A stretch of 64,000 nucleotides of DNA, from assembly GCA_024400835.1 (NCBI GenBank), contig JAKSMC010000015.1:1859-65858 (forward strand), written 5' to 3'. Positions 50,293 to 60,172 of the stretch are shown piece after piece; position 1 is the first letter of the stretch; each line of letters opens with the position of its first letter. The notes beneath the pieces were generated by a model, which had not been told where the DNA came from, did no database searches, and was given only the letters and a program-made list of their open reading frames with translations. The stretch is from Bacteroidales bacterium. Its GTDB lineage: Bacteria > Bacteroidota > Bacteroidia > Bacteroidales > WCHB1-69. Made by a program: the position numbers and the translations under genes.

Positions 50293-50712
50293 ATGAAAAA
50301 GACGTTCATCACACTGCTCATCATTTTTTTCGGAACAGCAGTATTCGCTCAGAAAGCCGATGATATCTGCGGTATTTTTCACTCTGTAGATCCTTTCTCC
50401 AAAGAAGGTTCCCAATGTGAAATCTACAAAGCAGCAGACGGCACTTACGAAGCAAAAGTCGTTTGGGTTGAAAATCCTAAAAAGAAAAACCAACTCGGTT
50501 TGGTGTTCATGACCGGCCTTACTTATAATGCCAAAGATAAAGAATATCAAAACGGCAAATTGAAATATCCGGGTAAAAAGGGAACTTACAAAACCTACAT
50601 CCGCATGGTCAATGACAACAAGACGCTGAAGATGCGCGGTTACCTCGGCGTATCCGTCTTCGGCATGACCGTTGACTGGACCCGCGAATCCAAAATCAGA
50701 ACGCAAAAATAA
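50293..50712 (+). CDS. DUF2147-family secreted protein
   Basis: ADDICG..., YEAKVVW, GKLKYP, LKMRGYLG...WTR pattern. Confidence 0.75.
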   Translation: MKKTFITLLIIFFGTAVFAQKADDICGIFHSVDPFSKEGSQCEIYKAADGTYEAKVVWVENPKKKNQLGLVFMTGLTYNAKDKEYQNGKLKYPGKKGTYKTYIRMVNDNKTLKMRGYLGVSVFGMTVDWTRESKIRTQK

Positions 50713-50723
50713 CCGGCAACCCA

Positions 50724-50775
50724 TCATAACGAAAGCAGGTGCTTCGAGAAATCGGAGCACCTGCTTTCGTTATGA
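50724..50775. terminator. Long hairpin between convergent genes (probable terminator)
   Basis: 20-bp perfect arms TCATAACGAAAGCAGGTGCT / AGCACCTGCTTTCGTTATGA. Confidence 0.7.
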
Positions 50776-50776
50776 A

Positions 50777-50830
50777 GTTTAAGGTTTAAGGTTTAAAGTT
50801 TAACAGATAAAGGCAAATGGCTAACGGCCA
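50777..50830. repeat. Microsatellite mosaic, reverse orientation
   Basis: gtttaaggtttaaggtttaaagtttaa...atggctaacggc. Confidence 0.7.
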
Positions 50831-50832
50831 TC

Positions 50833-51822
50833 CTACCTTCTGAACTTGCCGATAATGTATTGCGCAATTTGAACAGCATTGGTAGCAGCGCCTTTGCGGA
50901 GGTTGTCACCGACGACCCACAGGTTCAAAGTTTTAGGCTGGGTATAGTCACGGCGCACACGGCCGACAAAGACTTCGTCCTTTTCGTGCGCGAACCAAGG
51001 CATCGGATAGATGTTGTTGGCAGGATCATCTTGCACGACCAAGCCAGGCATATTATTCAACAAGTCATAAACCTCCTTGATGTCATATTCATTATAGAAC
51101 TCCACATTGACAGCTTCGGAGTGGCCGCCCATAACGGGAACGCGGACCACCGTTGAGGTCACTTGGATTTCGGGGTCACGCAAGATCTTGCGCGTCTCAT
51201 TCAGCAATTTGGTCTCTTCCGTAGTATAGCCGTTATCCTCAAAAGAGCCGCCGTGAGGGAAGAGATTCAAGTCGATTTGGTACGGATAGGCCTTCTCGCA
51301 CTCCTCACCGGCGCGTTCCTTGGTAAGTTGGTTGACAGCCTTCATACCCGTACCGGTAATGGACTGATACGTAGATACGACTATTCTCTTGATTTTGTAT
51401 TTGGCATGCAACGGAGCCAAAGCCATCAGCATCACAATGGTAGAGCAGTTCGGGTTGGCAATGATTCTGTCTTCCGCAGTAATGACGTCACCGTTGATTT
51501 CGGGAACCACCAACGGGATTTCCAGATAGCTGCGCCACGCCGAAGAGTTATCGATGACGACAGTGCCGTTCTTGGCAAACAACGGAGCATATTGGAGGGA
51601 CGGACCGCTGCCGGCTGAGAAAATCGCAAAATCGGGGACTGCGGCAATGGCGTCATCCACGGACACGATTTTACACTCTTTCCCTGCAAATGTAACAGTT
51701 TTGCCTACAGATTTCGCAGATGCGGCGGGTATAAACTCACAATCTCCAAATCCTCTTTCTTCTAATACTTTACGCATAACGCCACCGACCAATCCCGTGG
51801 CTCCGACCAATGCAATTTTCAT
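50833..51822 (-). CDS. asd: Aspartate-semialdehyde dehydrogenase
   Basis: GATGLVG, DNSSAWR, IANPNCST, RVPV..GHSE, DNLRKGAATNAVQIA. Confidence 0.97.
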   Translation of the reverse strand: MKIALVGATGLVGGVMRKVLEERGFGDCEFIPAASAKSVGKTVTFAGKECKIVSVDDAIAAVPDFAIFSAGSGPSLQYAPLFAKNGTVVIDNSSAWRSYLEIPLVVPEINGDVITAEDRIIANPNCSTIVMLMALAPLHAKYKIKRIVVSTYQSITGTGMKAVNQLTKERAGEECEKAYPYQIDLNLFPHGGSFEDNGYTTEETKLLNETRKILRDPEIQVTSTVVRVPVMGGHSEAVNVEFYNEYDIKEVYDLLNNMPGLVVQDDPANNIYPMPWFAHEKDEVFVGRVRRDYTQPKTLNLWVVGDNLRKGAATNAVQIAQYIIGKFRR

Positions 51823-51915
51823 AATTATTTACAATTTATTAAAAGTTATTAACAAAAGATTGACTTTAGATGGCAAAGATAGTATTTTTGCGGAATGAAA
51901 CACTGCAAAAGGGTT

Positions 51916-53634
51916 ATGAAAAAGGGAAAATATATCATCATACTATTGTTAACAACAACGATCGTTCAAAATTGTTGTAACGGACAGAATATCAGCAGAT
52001 ACGATGTAGTAATCAGCGAAATAATGGCCGACCCTGCCCCGACAGTCGGCCTGCCAGAAGCGGAATACATAGAACTGCACAACCGAAAAGGAACGGCCGT
52101 AGCGCTCAACAATTGGAGCATCAGCATCGGAAACACGAACAAAACGCTACCGACAATCTACCTGGACAGTGCCGGGTACGCCATAGTCACAGCAGCAAAA
52201 TATACCGAAAGCTTCGTGCCCATTTGCAGCAACATATACACACTGTCATCGCTCAGTTTGACTGATGGCGGGCAGACATTGATCTTATATAATGAAAATA
52301 GAGATGTCATACATTCAGTATCATACAAAAAGAGTTGGCACACGGAAAGTATCAAACAAGACGGCGGATGGGCTTTGGAAATGCTCGACGAACGATATCC
52401 GTGTCTCGGGAAAGGAAACTGGAATTCCTCGACCGCAGAGGCAGGCGGCACGCCCAGCGCTCCGAATGCATCCGCTCGGGACATAGAAGATTTCACGCCA
52501 CCGTCAATGGAACGAGTGACCTTATTGGACAGCACCACCATCCGCGTCTTCTTCACCAAAAGCGTATTGCCCTCCTACCCCATCAGTACTGACATTTTTT
52601 CATTATCGCCAAACATCCCCATAGATGCAATAAAGGAGGTTCCACCCAATTTCTCAGCCTTAGACATATCGCTGTCCGAGGCACTGCATCCAAACGTCCA
52701 TTATCTTCTAACGGCAAACGGGGCACTTTGCGACTGCGCAGGCAATGTTATGAGACTGGAAAGTCTTCCCGTAGGCATAGCATCCATTCCGAATGCCGGC
52801 GACATTGTCATCAACGAAGTGCTTGCCCATCCCTATAGCGGCACAGACGCAGACTTCATCGAAATCTTCAACAGATCTTCAAAAATCATTGATTTAAAGA
52901 ATGTAAAGATAGGTTCCGGTGGGGACACAATGCCGAACAAGGCCGTTTGTGCCGTGTCGAGCGGGCGGCAGCTGTTCCCACAGGAATATTGTGCACTATG
53001 TAAAGATCGGGAGCTCACCCTGCAACAATACGACTGTCCTGTTTCTCAGGCCCTGCAGCAGTGCGACTCGCTGCCCGCATACGCTATCGCCAGCGGTGTC
53101 GTCTATCTTTCCACAACAGGCCTTCGAACCATCGACAGATTCGCCTACAGTGATGAGATGCATTACAGCGGACTGACGAGCAGCGAAGGTGTGAGCCTTG
53201 AACGGCTCAACGCGGAGGCGCCCACACAGGACGATAGCAACTGGCACTCGGCAGCCTCCACGTCCGGTTTTGCCACTCCCGGCTATCGCAACTCGCAAAC
53301 CAATGACGGCGAAACAACTGAAGGCATCAGCATCGTCCCGGAAGTGTTTTCTCCAGACAATGACGGATTTGACGATTACACCGAATTTGAGCTGACGTTT
53401 CCTGACATTGAAAACCGAGTGTCTGTCCTGATTTTCAACAAGAGGGGCGCGCTCGTCCGGCATTTGGCGAACAACGAGCCTTGCGGCAACATCGTTCATT
53501 ACCGTTGGGACGGCACCGACGACCGCAACGTCCCATTGCCCTCAGACCTCTACGTGGCCGTCATCCAATGGTGGAACGGAAACGGGAAGACAAAGAGCGT
53601 AAGAAAAAGCGTGGGCATCGTGAAATATGAATAG
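51916..53634 (+). CDS. Lamin-tail-domain protein with T9SS type B (CHU_C) C-terminal domain
   Basis: Two LTDs (VVISEIMADP..EYIEL; IVINEVL..DFIEI); FSPDNDGFDD...WDG. Confidence 0.85.
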   Translation: MKKGKYIIILLLTTTIVQNCCNGQNISRYDVVISEIMADPAPTVGLPEAEYIELHNRKGTAVALNNWSISIGNTNKTLPTIYLDSAGYAIVTAAKYTESFVPICSNIYTLSSLSLTDGGQTLILYNENRDVIHSVSYKKSWHTESIKQDGGWALEMLDERYPCLGKGNWNSSTAEAGGTPSAPNASARDIEDFTPPSMERVTLLDSTTIRVFFTKSVLPSYPISTDIFSLSPNIPIDAIKEVPPNFSALDISLSEALHPNVHYLLTANGALCDCAGNVMRLESLPVGIASIPNAGDIVINEVLAHPYSGTDADFIEIFNRSSKIIDLKNVKIGSGGDTMPNKAVCAVSSGRQLFPQEYCALCKDRELTLQQYDCPVSQALQQCDSLPAYAIASGVVYLSTTGLRTIDRFAYSDEMHYSGLTSSEGVSLERLNAEAPTQDDSNWHSAASTSGFATPGYRNSQTNDGETTEGISIVPEVFSPDNDGFDDYTEFELTFPDIENRVSVLIFNKRGALVRHLANNEPCGNIVHYRWDGTDDRNVPLPSDLYVAVIQWWNGNGKTKSVRKSVGIVKYE

Positions 53635-53691
53635 TGGGAAGCGTCAAGCGAGTGGCTTTTTTTGCTACTTTTGCGCCCTCATTTTTTCAGT

Positions 53692-54459
53692 ATGCAGATC
53701 ACGCTTTTAGGAACCGGAACATCACAGGGAGTGCCCGTCGTAGGGTGCCAGTGCGCCACGTGCCAGTCGGAGGACCCGCGCGACAAGCGCCTCCGCACTT
53801 CCGCGTACGTTGAAGTCGGCGAGGTGAAGTTCCTCATTGACGCCGGGCCCGATTTGCGCCAGCAGTTGCTGAACAACCACATCACGCAGGTTGACGCCAT
53901 CCTGGTCACGCACGAGCACAAAGATCATCTTGCCGGATTGGACGACATCCGTCCGGTATATTTCATGCGCAAACAGCCTATGGAGGTGTACGGTCTGCAG
54001 CGCGTGATGAACGTCATCCGCAAGGATTTCGACTATGCCTTCAAGACGAACCCCTACCCTGGCGCACCGTCCTTCGTCCTGCACAACGTACGGGATGACA
54101 GTTTCTTCATCAACGGCATTGAAATCCAGCCCATACACGTGCGTCACCTCACACTGCCCATCTTAGGATACCGCATCGGCAAGCTCGCATACATCACAGA
54201 TGCCAGTTTCATTGCGGAAACAGAGATGAGAAAGTTGCAAGGCCTTGACACCTTGGTCATCAACGCCCTGCGCATTCGAGAGCATTATTCCCATTTCAAC
54301 CTCGAGCAGGCACTGAACATCATCAAAATCCTGCAACCACGGCAAGCATTCCTAACCCACGTTTCTGACAAGATGGGCTGCTACAAAGACATTGAGCCGC
54401 TGCTTCCCGACAACGTCACATTAGGCTATGACGGCCTCGTAGCCACAGTGGAAGAATAG
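53692..54459 (+). CDS. MBL-fold metallo-hydrolase (PhnP-like)
   Basis: LGTGTSQGVP, C.C..C, THEHKDH, YITD, HYSH. Confidence 0.9.
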   Translation: MQITLLGTGTSQGVPVVGCQCATCQSEDPRDKRLRTSAYVEVGEVKFLIDAGPDLRQQLLNNHITQVDAILVTHEHKDHLAGLDDIRPVYFMRKQPMEVYGLQRVMNVIRKDFDYAFKTNPYPGAPSFVLHNVRDDSFFINGIEIQPIHVRHLTLPILGYRIGKLAYITDASFIAETEMRKLQGLDTLVINALRIREHYSHFNLEQALNIIKILQPRQAFLTHVSDKMGCYKDIEPLLPDNVTLGYDGLVATVEE

Positions 54460-54694
54460 CATTCGCCATTCCTCTCCAAGTCGCGACCTGTACTGCATTA
54501 TAACATTCCCGTGGATTACAGAGAATCCCTCCCTTCGAGGTAACTAAAGGTACGATTGCGCCGTGATTCTCCCTTATTTTTAATTCAACAAATATTTGTC
54601 CCTTATTTTAACATTCAATTGCTAAATTTTCATTTTTTAGCCAATGCATTTTTTTTATATTTGCGCCCTTTTTAGAAACTAAAAATATCTTAAT

Positions 54695-57244
54695 ATGAAG
54701 AAAACTTTACTATGGCTCTTTGCCATTCTAATGTCCTGTGGTATAGGATATTCACAAGACACTGGAAAGGCCAAGGGCAAAAAGCAGAAGGCCGCTGTCA
54801 CAGATTCTCTGGGCACTTCAAATTCCTACAACGACAACTCCTCTGACTTAAGCGAAGGTCAGGAAGACGACAGCGAAAACGGCACCAGCAACTACGTGCC
54901 CGGTTTGTTGCATTCATCTCAGGATGTCTATCTCAACAACACCTCCTACACATTCAGCATCGCCTATTTCCGTAACCGCGGTTTGGACAACAGATACCAG
55001 GATGTGTGCATGAACGGTTTTTCCATGAACAGTTTGGTCACTGGGCGTGCCACCTATTCACAGTGGGGCGGTCTGAACCACATTTTCCGCTATCCGGAAG
55101 CGCTGAACAACCTTGACGCGCCGTCCTTCGTATTCGGAGATCTCGGCGGAGCTTCCAACTACAACCTCAGGGCATCCAACTTCCGCAGACAGGTCAGAGC
55201 CTCCTACTCGCTCACGAACCGCACATACAGCAACCGTTTCATTGTGACGGGAGCTACTGGCGTTATGAAGAACGGATGGTCCGTAGCCGGCTGTCTGTCC
55301 GCCCGTTTCGGCAATGCGCTGTCATACGTAGAAGGCACCTCCTACAACAGTTTTGGCGGATTCATCGCAGCGGAGAAGAAGCTCAACTCCGAGAACTGGC
55401 TGAACCTTGCCGCCTTCATGTCACACACGGCACGCGGCATGCAGTCCAACTCAGTGCAGGAGGCCTATGATTTGTTAGGCGACAACTACTACAACGCCAA
55501 CTGGGGCTGGTACCAAGGCAAGCAGCGCAACGCTCGCGTCCGCACCGTATGCGAACCCGTCATCCTGCTCACCCACACCTACGCGCCCAAGAGCAACAAG
55601 ATAAACATCAGTTCCACCCTCGGCGCCACTTTCGGACGCAACAACACCACGTCTCTGAACTGGTACGACGTGCCAGACCCGCGTCCAGACTACTACCGCT
55701 ATCTGCCCTCCTATCAGATTGACAACGGCGACACATCCGGATTCTACAACAACATCCTCAACTACTGGCAGTCCAACGACGAATCCTACACGCAAGTCAA
55801 CTGGGACAAGATGTACGAGGTCAACCAACTGGCCGCCGCACAAGGCAAGCGCGCACAGTACATGGTTGAGAACCGCATCTACGACCACTTCCAATTCGGC
55901 GGCAGTTCAAACCTAACTGCTTCACTCACCGAGCACATCAAACTGAATGCCGGCGTTGACTTCCGCGGTATGAAGCAGAAGAACTACAAGACCATCAACG
56001 ACCTGTTGGGCGGCGCCTACTGGTTAGATGTTGATAAATACTCCGAAGGCGACTTCCCAGATGATTTCAACGTACAATACAACGACTTGAACCACAAGGA
56101 CGACACGCTGTACGAAGGTGACGTTTTCGGTTACAGTTACGACTACCACATTTACACCCAACGCGCATTCGCATCCGTGCAGTTCACCTACAACCACTTG
56201 GAATTCCACGTAGGCGGACAAATCGGCGGCACCGAATTCTGGCGCTACGGTAATATGAGAAACGGCCGTTTCCAAGACGAGTCCTACGGCAAATCCGAGA
56301 CCAAAGCATTCTTGGAAGGTGCGGGCAAACTCGGCATCACATACAAAATCAACGGACGTAACTACCTCGTGTTAAACGCCATTGCAGAATCACAGGCGCC
56401 CAGCGTGCTGAACGCATTCGTCGCTCCGCGTATCAGAAACAAATATGTTGAAAATCTCCAGAACGAGAAAGACTATTCCGCTGATTTCTCCTACGTGTTG
56501 AGTTATCCTGCTGTCAAGTTGAGAGTGACCGGCTACTTCGCCCAAATCCAAGACGCCACACGTCTCATCAGTTTCTATCACGACGACTACGCCAGCATGG
56601 TCAACTACTCCATCTCCGGCATTGACGAACGCCACCTCGGCATCGAACTCGGCGCGGAAATCAAGTTAGGCACGATGTTCTCATTGATTCTGGCCGGCAA
56701 CTACGGAGACTATCGCTACTCCGACAGAGCCGATGTCACCATGAACGCTGAAAACGGCACAGACATCGAAGGCGATGTCAACAGAACTGTATATTGGAAG
56801 AACTACCACGTGAGCGGCACACCGCAAGCTGCCGGTACCATCGGCCTCAAATTCAATCACAAATACTGGTGGGTGAACATTAACGCCAACTACTTTGACA
56901 AGATTTACTGCGACTTGAACCCTGAAAGAAGAACGACTACCGCCACAGGTTCTCTCTACTACACCAATCCGGAGCTCTATCACGCCATCGCAGATCAAAG
57001 CCGCATGAAAGGACAGTTCACCTTGGACCTCTCCGTCAGCAAGTCCTGGCGCATCCAACGCAAATACAACATCGGTTTCAACTTCAGCATCACCAACCTG
57101 CTGAACAACAAGAACCTGGTGACCACCGCTTGGGAACAGTACCGTTTCGACTACACCGACTACAATGTCAACAAGTTCGGTAACAAGTACTACTACGCTT
57201 TCGGCACAACCTTCTACCTGGGCATCAACTTCACATTCAACTAG
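54695..57244 (+). CDS. TonB-dependent receptor-like outer-membrane protein
   Basis: Signal peptide, plug-like RG..N...MNG, long amphipathic barrel, NLLNN and an aromatic C-terminus. Confidence 0.8.
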   Translation: MKKTLLWLFAILMSCGIGYSQDTGKAKGKKQKAAVTDSLGTSNSYNDNSSDLSEGQEDDSENGTSNYVPGLLHSSQDVYLNNTSYTFSIAYFRNRGLDNRYQDVCMNGFSMNSLVTGRATYSQWGGLNHIFRYPEALNNLDAPSFVFGDLGGASNYNLRASNFRRQVRASYSLTNRTYSNRFIVTGATGVMKNGWSVAGCLSARFGNALSYVEGTSYNSFGGFIAAEKKLNSENWLNLAAFMSHTARGMQSNSVQEAYDLLGDNYYNANWGWYQGKQRNARVRTVCEPVILLTHTYAPKSNKINISSTLGATFGRNNTTSLNWYDVPDPRPDYYRYLPSYQIDNGDTSGFYNNILNYWQSNDESYTQVNWDKMYEVNQLAAAQGKRAQYMVENRIYDHFQFGGSSNLTASLTEHIKLNAGVDFRGMKQKNYKTINDLLGGAYWLDVDKYSEGDFPDDFNVQYNDLNHKDDTLYEGDVFGYSYDYHIYTQRAFASVQFTYNHLEFHVGGQIGGTEFWRYGNMRNGRFQDESYGKSETKAFLEGAGKLGITYKINGRNYLVLNAIAESQAPSVLNAFVAPRIRNKYVENLQNEKDYSADFSYVLSYPAVKLRVTGYFAQIQDATRLISFYHDDYASMVNYSISGIDERHLGIELGAEIKLGTMFSLILAGNYGDYRYSDRADVTMNAENGTDIEGDVNRTVYWKNYHVSGTPQAAGTIGLKFNHKYWWVNINANYFDKIYCDLNPERRTTTATGSLYYTNPELYHAIADQSRMKGQFTLDLSVSKSWRIQRKYNIGFNFSITNLLNNKNLVTTAWEQYRFDYTDYNVNKFGNKYYYAFGTTFYLGINFTFN

Positions 57245-57286
57245 TAGAAACGTTCACATCGGTCAAACAGATAAAACAAGCATAAA

Positions 57287-58531
57287 ATGAAAATCTTACA
57301 CAAACTCAGTATATTCATGTTGGCAGTCGGATTATTTGCAGCCTGCGGTGACCCGGACGTCGCGCCCATCCCCACTTTTGACGGCGTTGCCAACACCACC
57401 ATCGCTGAACTTTTAGCGATGCACGAAATCACCTCCACCAATTCCTACGACTCCATTCCGGCAGGAACCATCATTTCCGGTATCGTGACCACCTCTGACC
57501 AGCACGGCAACTGCTACAAATACATCAACATCGAAGACGGCACCGGCGGCATCCAAATCAAGATTGCCAACACCGCACTCTACAACAAGTTCCAAGTCGG
57601 CCAACGCGTTTTCGTGAAATGCGACGGATTAGTCATCGGCGACTACTACAAACTGCCCCAACTCGGCTACTGGGCCAACGACGCTATGCAGGCGATCCCT
57701 TCCGGCAAGATCAACCGCTACATCTTCTGCGACGGCATCCCCAGTGAGTTCGAACCCACCATCACGATGACCACCATCCCCTATGCCGACCAAATCCCCG
57801 CCTCCTGGTACAACCGCTTGGTGAAGATTGAAAACTGCTCTTTCGTCGAAGGCGGTCAGGCCACCTATTCCCTGCCGAACAGTTCAACTTCCCACGACAT
57901 CAAGTTGGCAGACGGTTCCATCATCACGATGAGGACCAGCAACTACGCAGACTTCATCAACGAGACGCTTCCCGAGGGCACCGGCACAGTGGTCGGTATT
58001 CTGACACGCTACAACAACTACGTACAGTTGGTCATCCGCGATCTCGATGACGTACAAGGATTCGTCGCTCCTGCCCATACTGAAGACATCTTCACGGTGA
58101 ACTACTCCAACGCATTCAACGAAGGTTGGACGAAGGTCACATCAGGCAGCGAGTGGTCAACGCTCACCAACAGCAGTTTCAACGGATTCTTTGTCAACGC
58201 CAACACCGCAACCGACAGCTGGCTCATCTCCCCGACCGTCAACATCAGCAACGTGGCAAGTCCGAGACTCTCCTTCAACCAACGCTGTCCGGCCGGTGGC
58301 AACAACGAGACCATGAAATTGTACTGCACCACCAACTACACGGGTGACGTAAATACCACGAACTGGGTCGAAGTGCCGATGAGCAGCCTCAGCACCAGCA
58401 CGTCAAGTTTTGTCTATGAAATTCCCGAAACGGTTCAAAGTTCGAACTTCAGATTCGCCTACCGCTACCACGGCAGCAATAGTTCCTGGTACATCAGCAA
58501 CATCGCCGTTTCCGCACTTGTAACCAAATAA
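57287..58531 (+). CDS. DUF5689-like (OB-fold) lipoprotein
   Basis: Lipobox FAAC; TIAEL, GIVTTSDQHGNCYK..IEDGTGGI, RTSNYADF; C-terminal WLISP domain. Confidence 0.75.
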   Translation: MKILHKLSIFMLAVGLFAACGDPDVAPIPTFDGVANTTIAELLAMHEITSTNSYDSIPAGTIISGIVTTSDQHGNCYKYINIEDGTGGIQIKIANTALYNKFQVGQRVFVKCDGLVIGDYYKLPQLGYWANDAMQAIPSGKINRYIFCDGIPSEFEPTITMTTIPYADQIPASWYNRLVKIENCSFVEGGQATYSLPNSSTSHDIKLADGSIITMRTSNYADFINETLPEGTGTVVGILTRYNNYVQLVIRDLDDVQGFVAPAHTEDIFTVNYSNAFNEGWTKVTSGSEWSTLTNSSFNGFFVNANTATDSWLISPTVNISNVASPRLSFNQRCPAGGNNETMKLYCTTNYTGDVNTTNWVEVPMSSLSTSTSSFVYEIPETVQSSNFRFAYRYHGSNSSWYISNIAVSALVTK

Positions 58532-58542
58532 TTGAGAAGATT

Positions 58543-59835
58543 ATGAAAAAGAACATCATATTTTTAAGTTTCGCTTTTGTAGCCCTGCTCTTTGCATCTT
58601 GCAACAAGTGGGAAGAACCAGAATTCGTCGTGCCAGTCTATGAGGGCCCGGCTGCAAACCACACCATTGCGGACATCAAAGCCATGCACCCGATGCTCGG
58701 CACGGGCGCCCAAGACTCCATTTGTCGCTGGGACGAGCCCTTCATCGTAAAAGCGGTCGTCGTCAGTTCCGACCAAGGCGGCAACTGCTACAAATACATG
58801 ACCGTACAAGATGAAACCGGCGGCATCGAGATTTCCATCGACAGAACCGGACTTTACAACGACTACCCTGTCGGCCAAACCGTCTATATTGACTGCCGCG
58901 GCCTGATTGTTGGCGACTACCACAACAAATATCAAATCGGCTGGAAATACAATGGCTCAGTCGGACGTATCAACCAGAACGCTTTGGGCCGTTACATCCA
59001 CAAAGACGGGCTTCCTAACCCGAACCATCCGTTCCTCGCAAATCCCATCGAAGTAACAGGCGCCAACCAACTTTCCGCAGAAAACGCCAACTGCTTCGTC
59101 AAAATTGACGGCTGCATGTTTGACAGGAAATATGACGGACAGCCGTTAGCCAACGACGATATCACCATGGACCGCGAAGTCTACATCAACGGTGCCACCG
59201 TAATCGTAAGAACTTCCAACTACGCAAACTTCCGTTCCATCGTCATCGATGCCGACAAGCCCTATTGTCTTTATGGAATTTTAAGCGTTTACAATTCCGA
59301 ATACCAGCTCACCTTGCGCACCAAAGAGGATGTCCAATTCGCATATGTTCCGCAAGAAACCGTACTTTCAAACCTGACGTTCAACGAAAACTTCCAGACA
59401 TCAGGCGGCTGGTCCACACAAGGAGCCGACAATGCCTGGATTTACCAAGTGTTCAACGGCAACCAGTTCGTCTATCACAATGCGGCAAACGCAGCTTGTG
59501 ACGACTGGCTGATATCGCCTGCCATTTCCATTTCCGACCTGAACAACGTCACAATGGTTGTAGATCATCAGAACAACGTTGCTGGCAGTCCGGCCACCTA
59601 CTATCAGGTTTATTACTCCACTTCCTACAATGGAGGCGCGTTCAACGAAAGCGACTGGACACCGTTCAATCCGAACATCACGAACTATCCGAGTTCCTTC
59701 GGGCCGAGCAACAGCATTGACGCATCCGTCATCAACAGTCCGAATTTCAGAATAGCCTTCCGCTATCGTAAGGACGGTTCCGCATCCGGCACCCGCTGGT
59801 CTATCCGAGGCGTGAAATTCGTCAGAGTCGAATAA
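58543..59835 (+). CDS. DUF5689-like (OB-fold) lipoprotein, paralog
   Basis: Lipobox FASC; TIADIK, VVSSDQGGNCYK..VQDETGGI, RTSNYANF, DDWLISP. Confidence 0.75.
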   Translation: MKKNIIFLSFAFVALLFASCNKWEEPEFVVPVYEGPAANHTIADIKAMHPMLGTGAQDSICRWDEPFIVKAVVVSSDQGGNCYKYMTVQDETGGIEISIDRTGLYNDYPVGQTVYIDCRGLIVGDYHNKYQIGWKYNGSVGRINQNALGRYIHKDGLPNPNHPFLANPIEVTGANQLSAENANCFVKIDGCMFDRKYDGQPLANDDITMDREVYINGATVIVRTSNYANFRSIVIDADKPYCLYGILSVYNSEYQLTLRTKEDVQFAYVPQETVLSNLTFNENFQTSGGWSTQGADNAWIYQVFNGNQFVYHNAANAACDDWLISPAISISDLNNVTMVVDHQNNVAGSPATYYQVYYSTSYNGGAFNESDWTPFNPNITNYPSSFGPSNSIDASVINSPNFRIAFRYRKDGSASGTRWSIRGVKFVRVE

Positions 59836-59855
59836 GAGATCCCCCTTTATATTGC

Positions 59856-59883
59856 AAAGGCCGTTCCGATGGAGCGGCCTTTT
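59856..59883 (+). terminator. Rho-independent terminator
   Basis: AAAGGCCGTTCC-GAT-GGAGCGGCCTTTT. Confidence 0.75.
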
Positions 59884-60117
59884 ATTTTGGCATTAACGGA
59901 GGCGACGGCCGCGGCCTTGCGGCAGCGATTGGAGCCCATTTACTTGCGTGCGGGGTGGGCAAACGGGAGTTATTATATGGAAGGGAATCTGGGCAAATCG
60001 GAAACAAGTTGTGCGTCCGACGGCGCATTGTGGGTGGGGAGCAAGTTAGGGCGAAAAGCGCGACGGCACAGCGCAGGAAGGTGCGTCGGCGGTGCCGGGC
60101 CGCCCAAAAGAATAAGA

Positions 60118-60150
60118 CAAAAAAAAATGTCGGGCACAAACCCGACATTT
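60118..60150 (-). terminator. Rho-independent terminator
   Basis: AAATGTCGGG / CCCGACATTT with an A-run on + (U-tail on -). Confidence 0.75.
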
Positions 60151-60172
60151 CTATTTTGAAACAAACCTGAGA

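Noticed and set aside
18742-51822. Threonine-metabolism cluster (Thr dehydrogenase, thrC-like, ltaE, asd) split by the island
   Set aside because: The genes are in different transcription units with unrelated genes between them; co-location may be coincidental without synteny data.
59884-60117. RNase P RNA or tmRNA
   Set aside because: Lacks the GAGGAAAGUCC core and tRNA-like ends on either strand.
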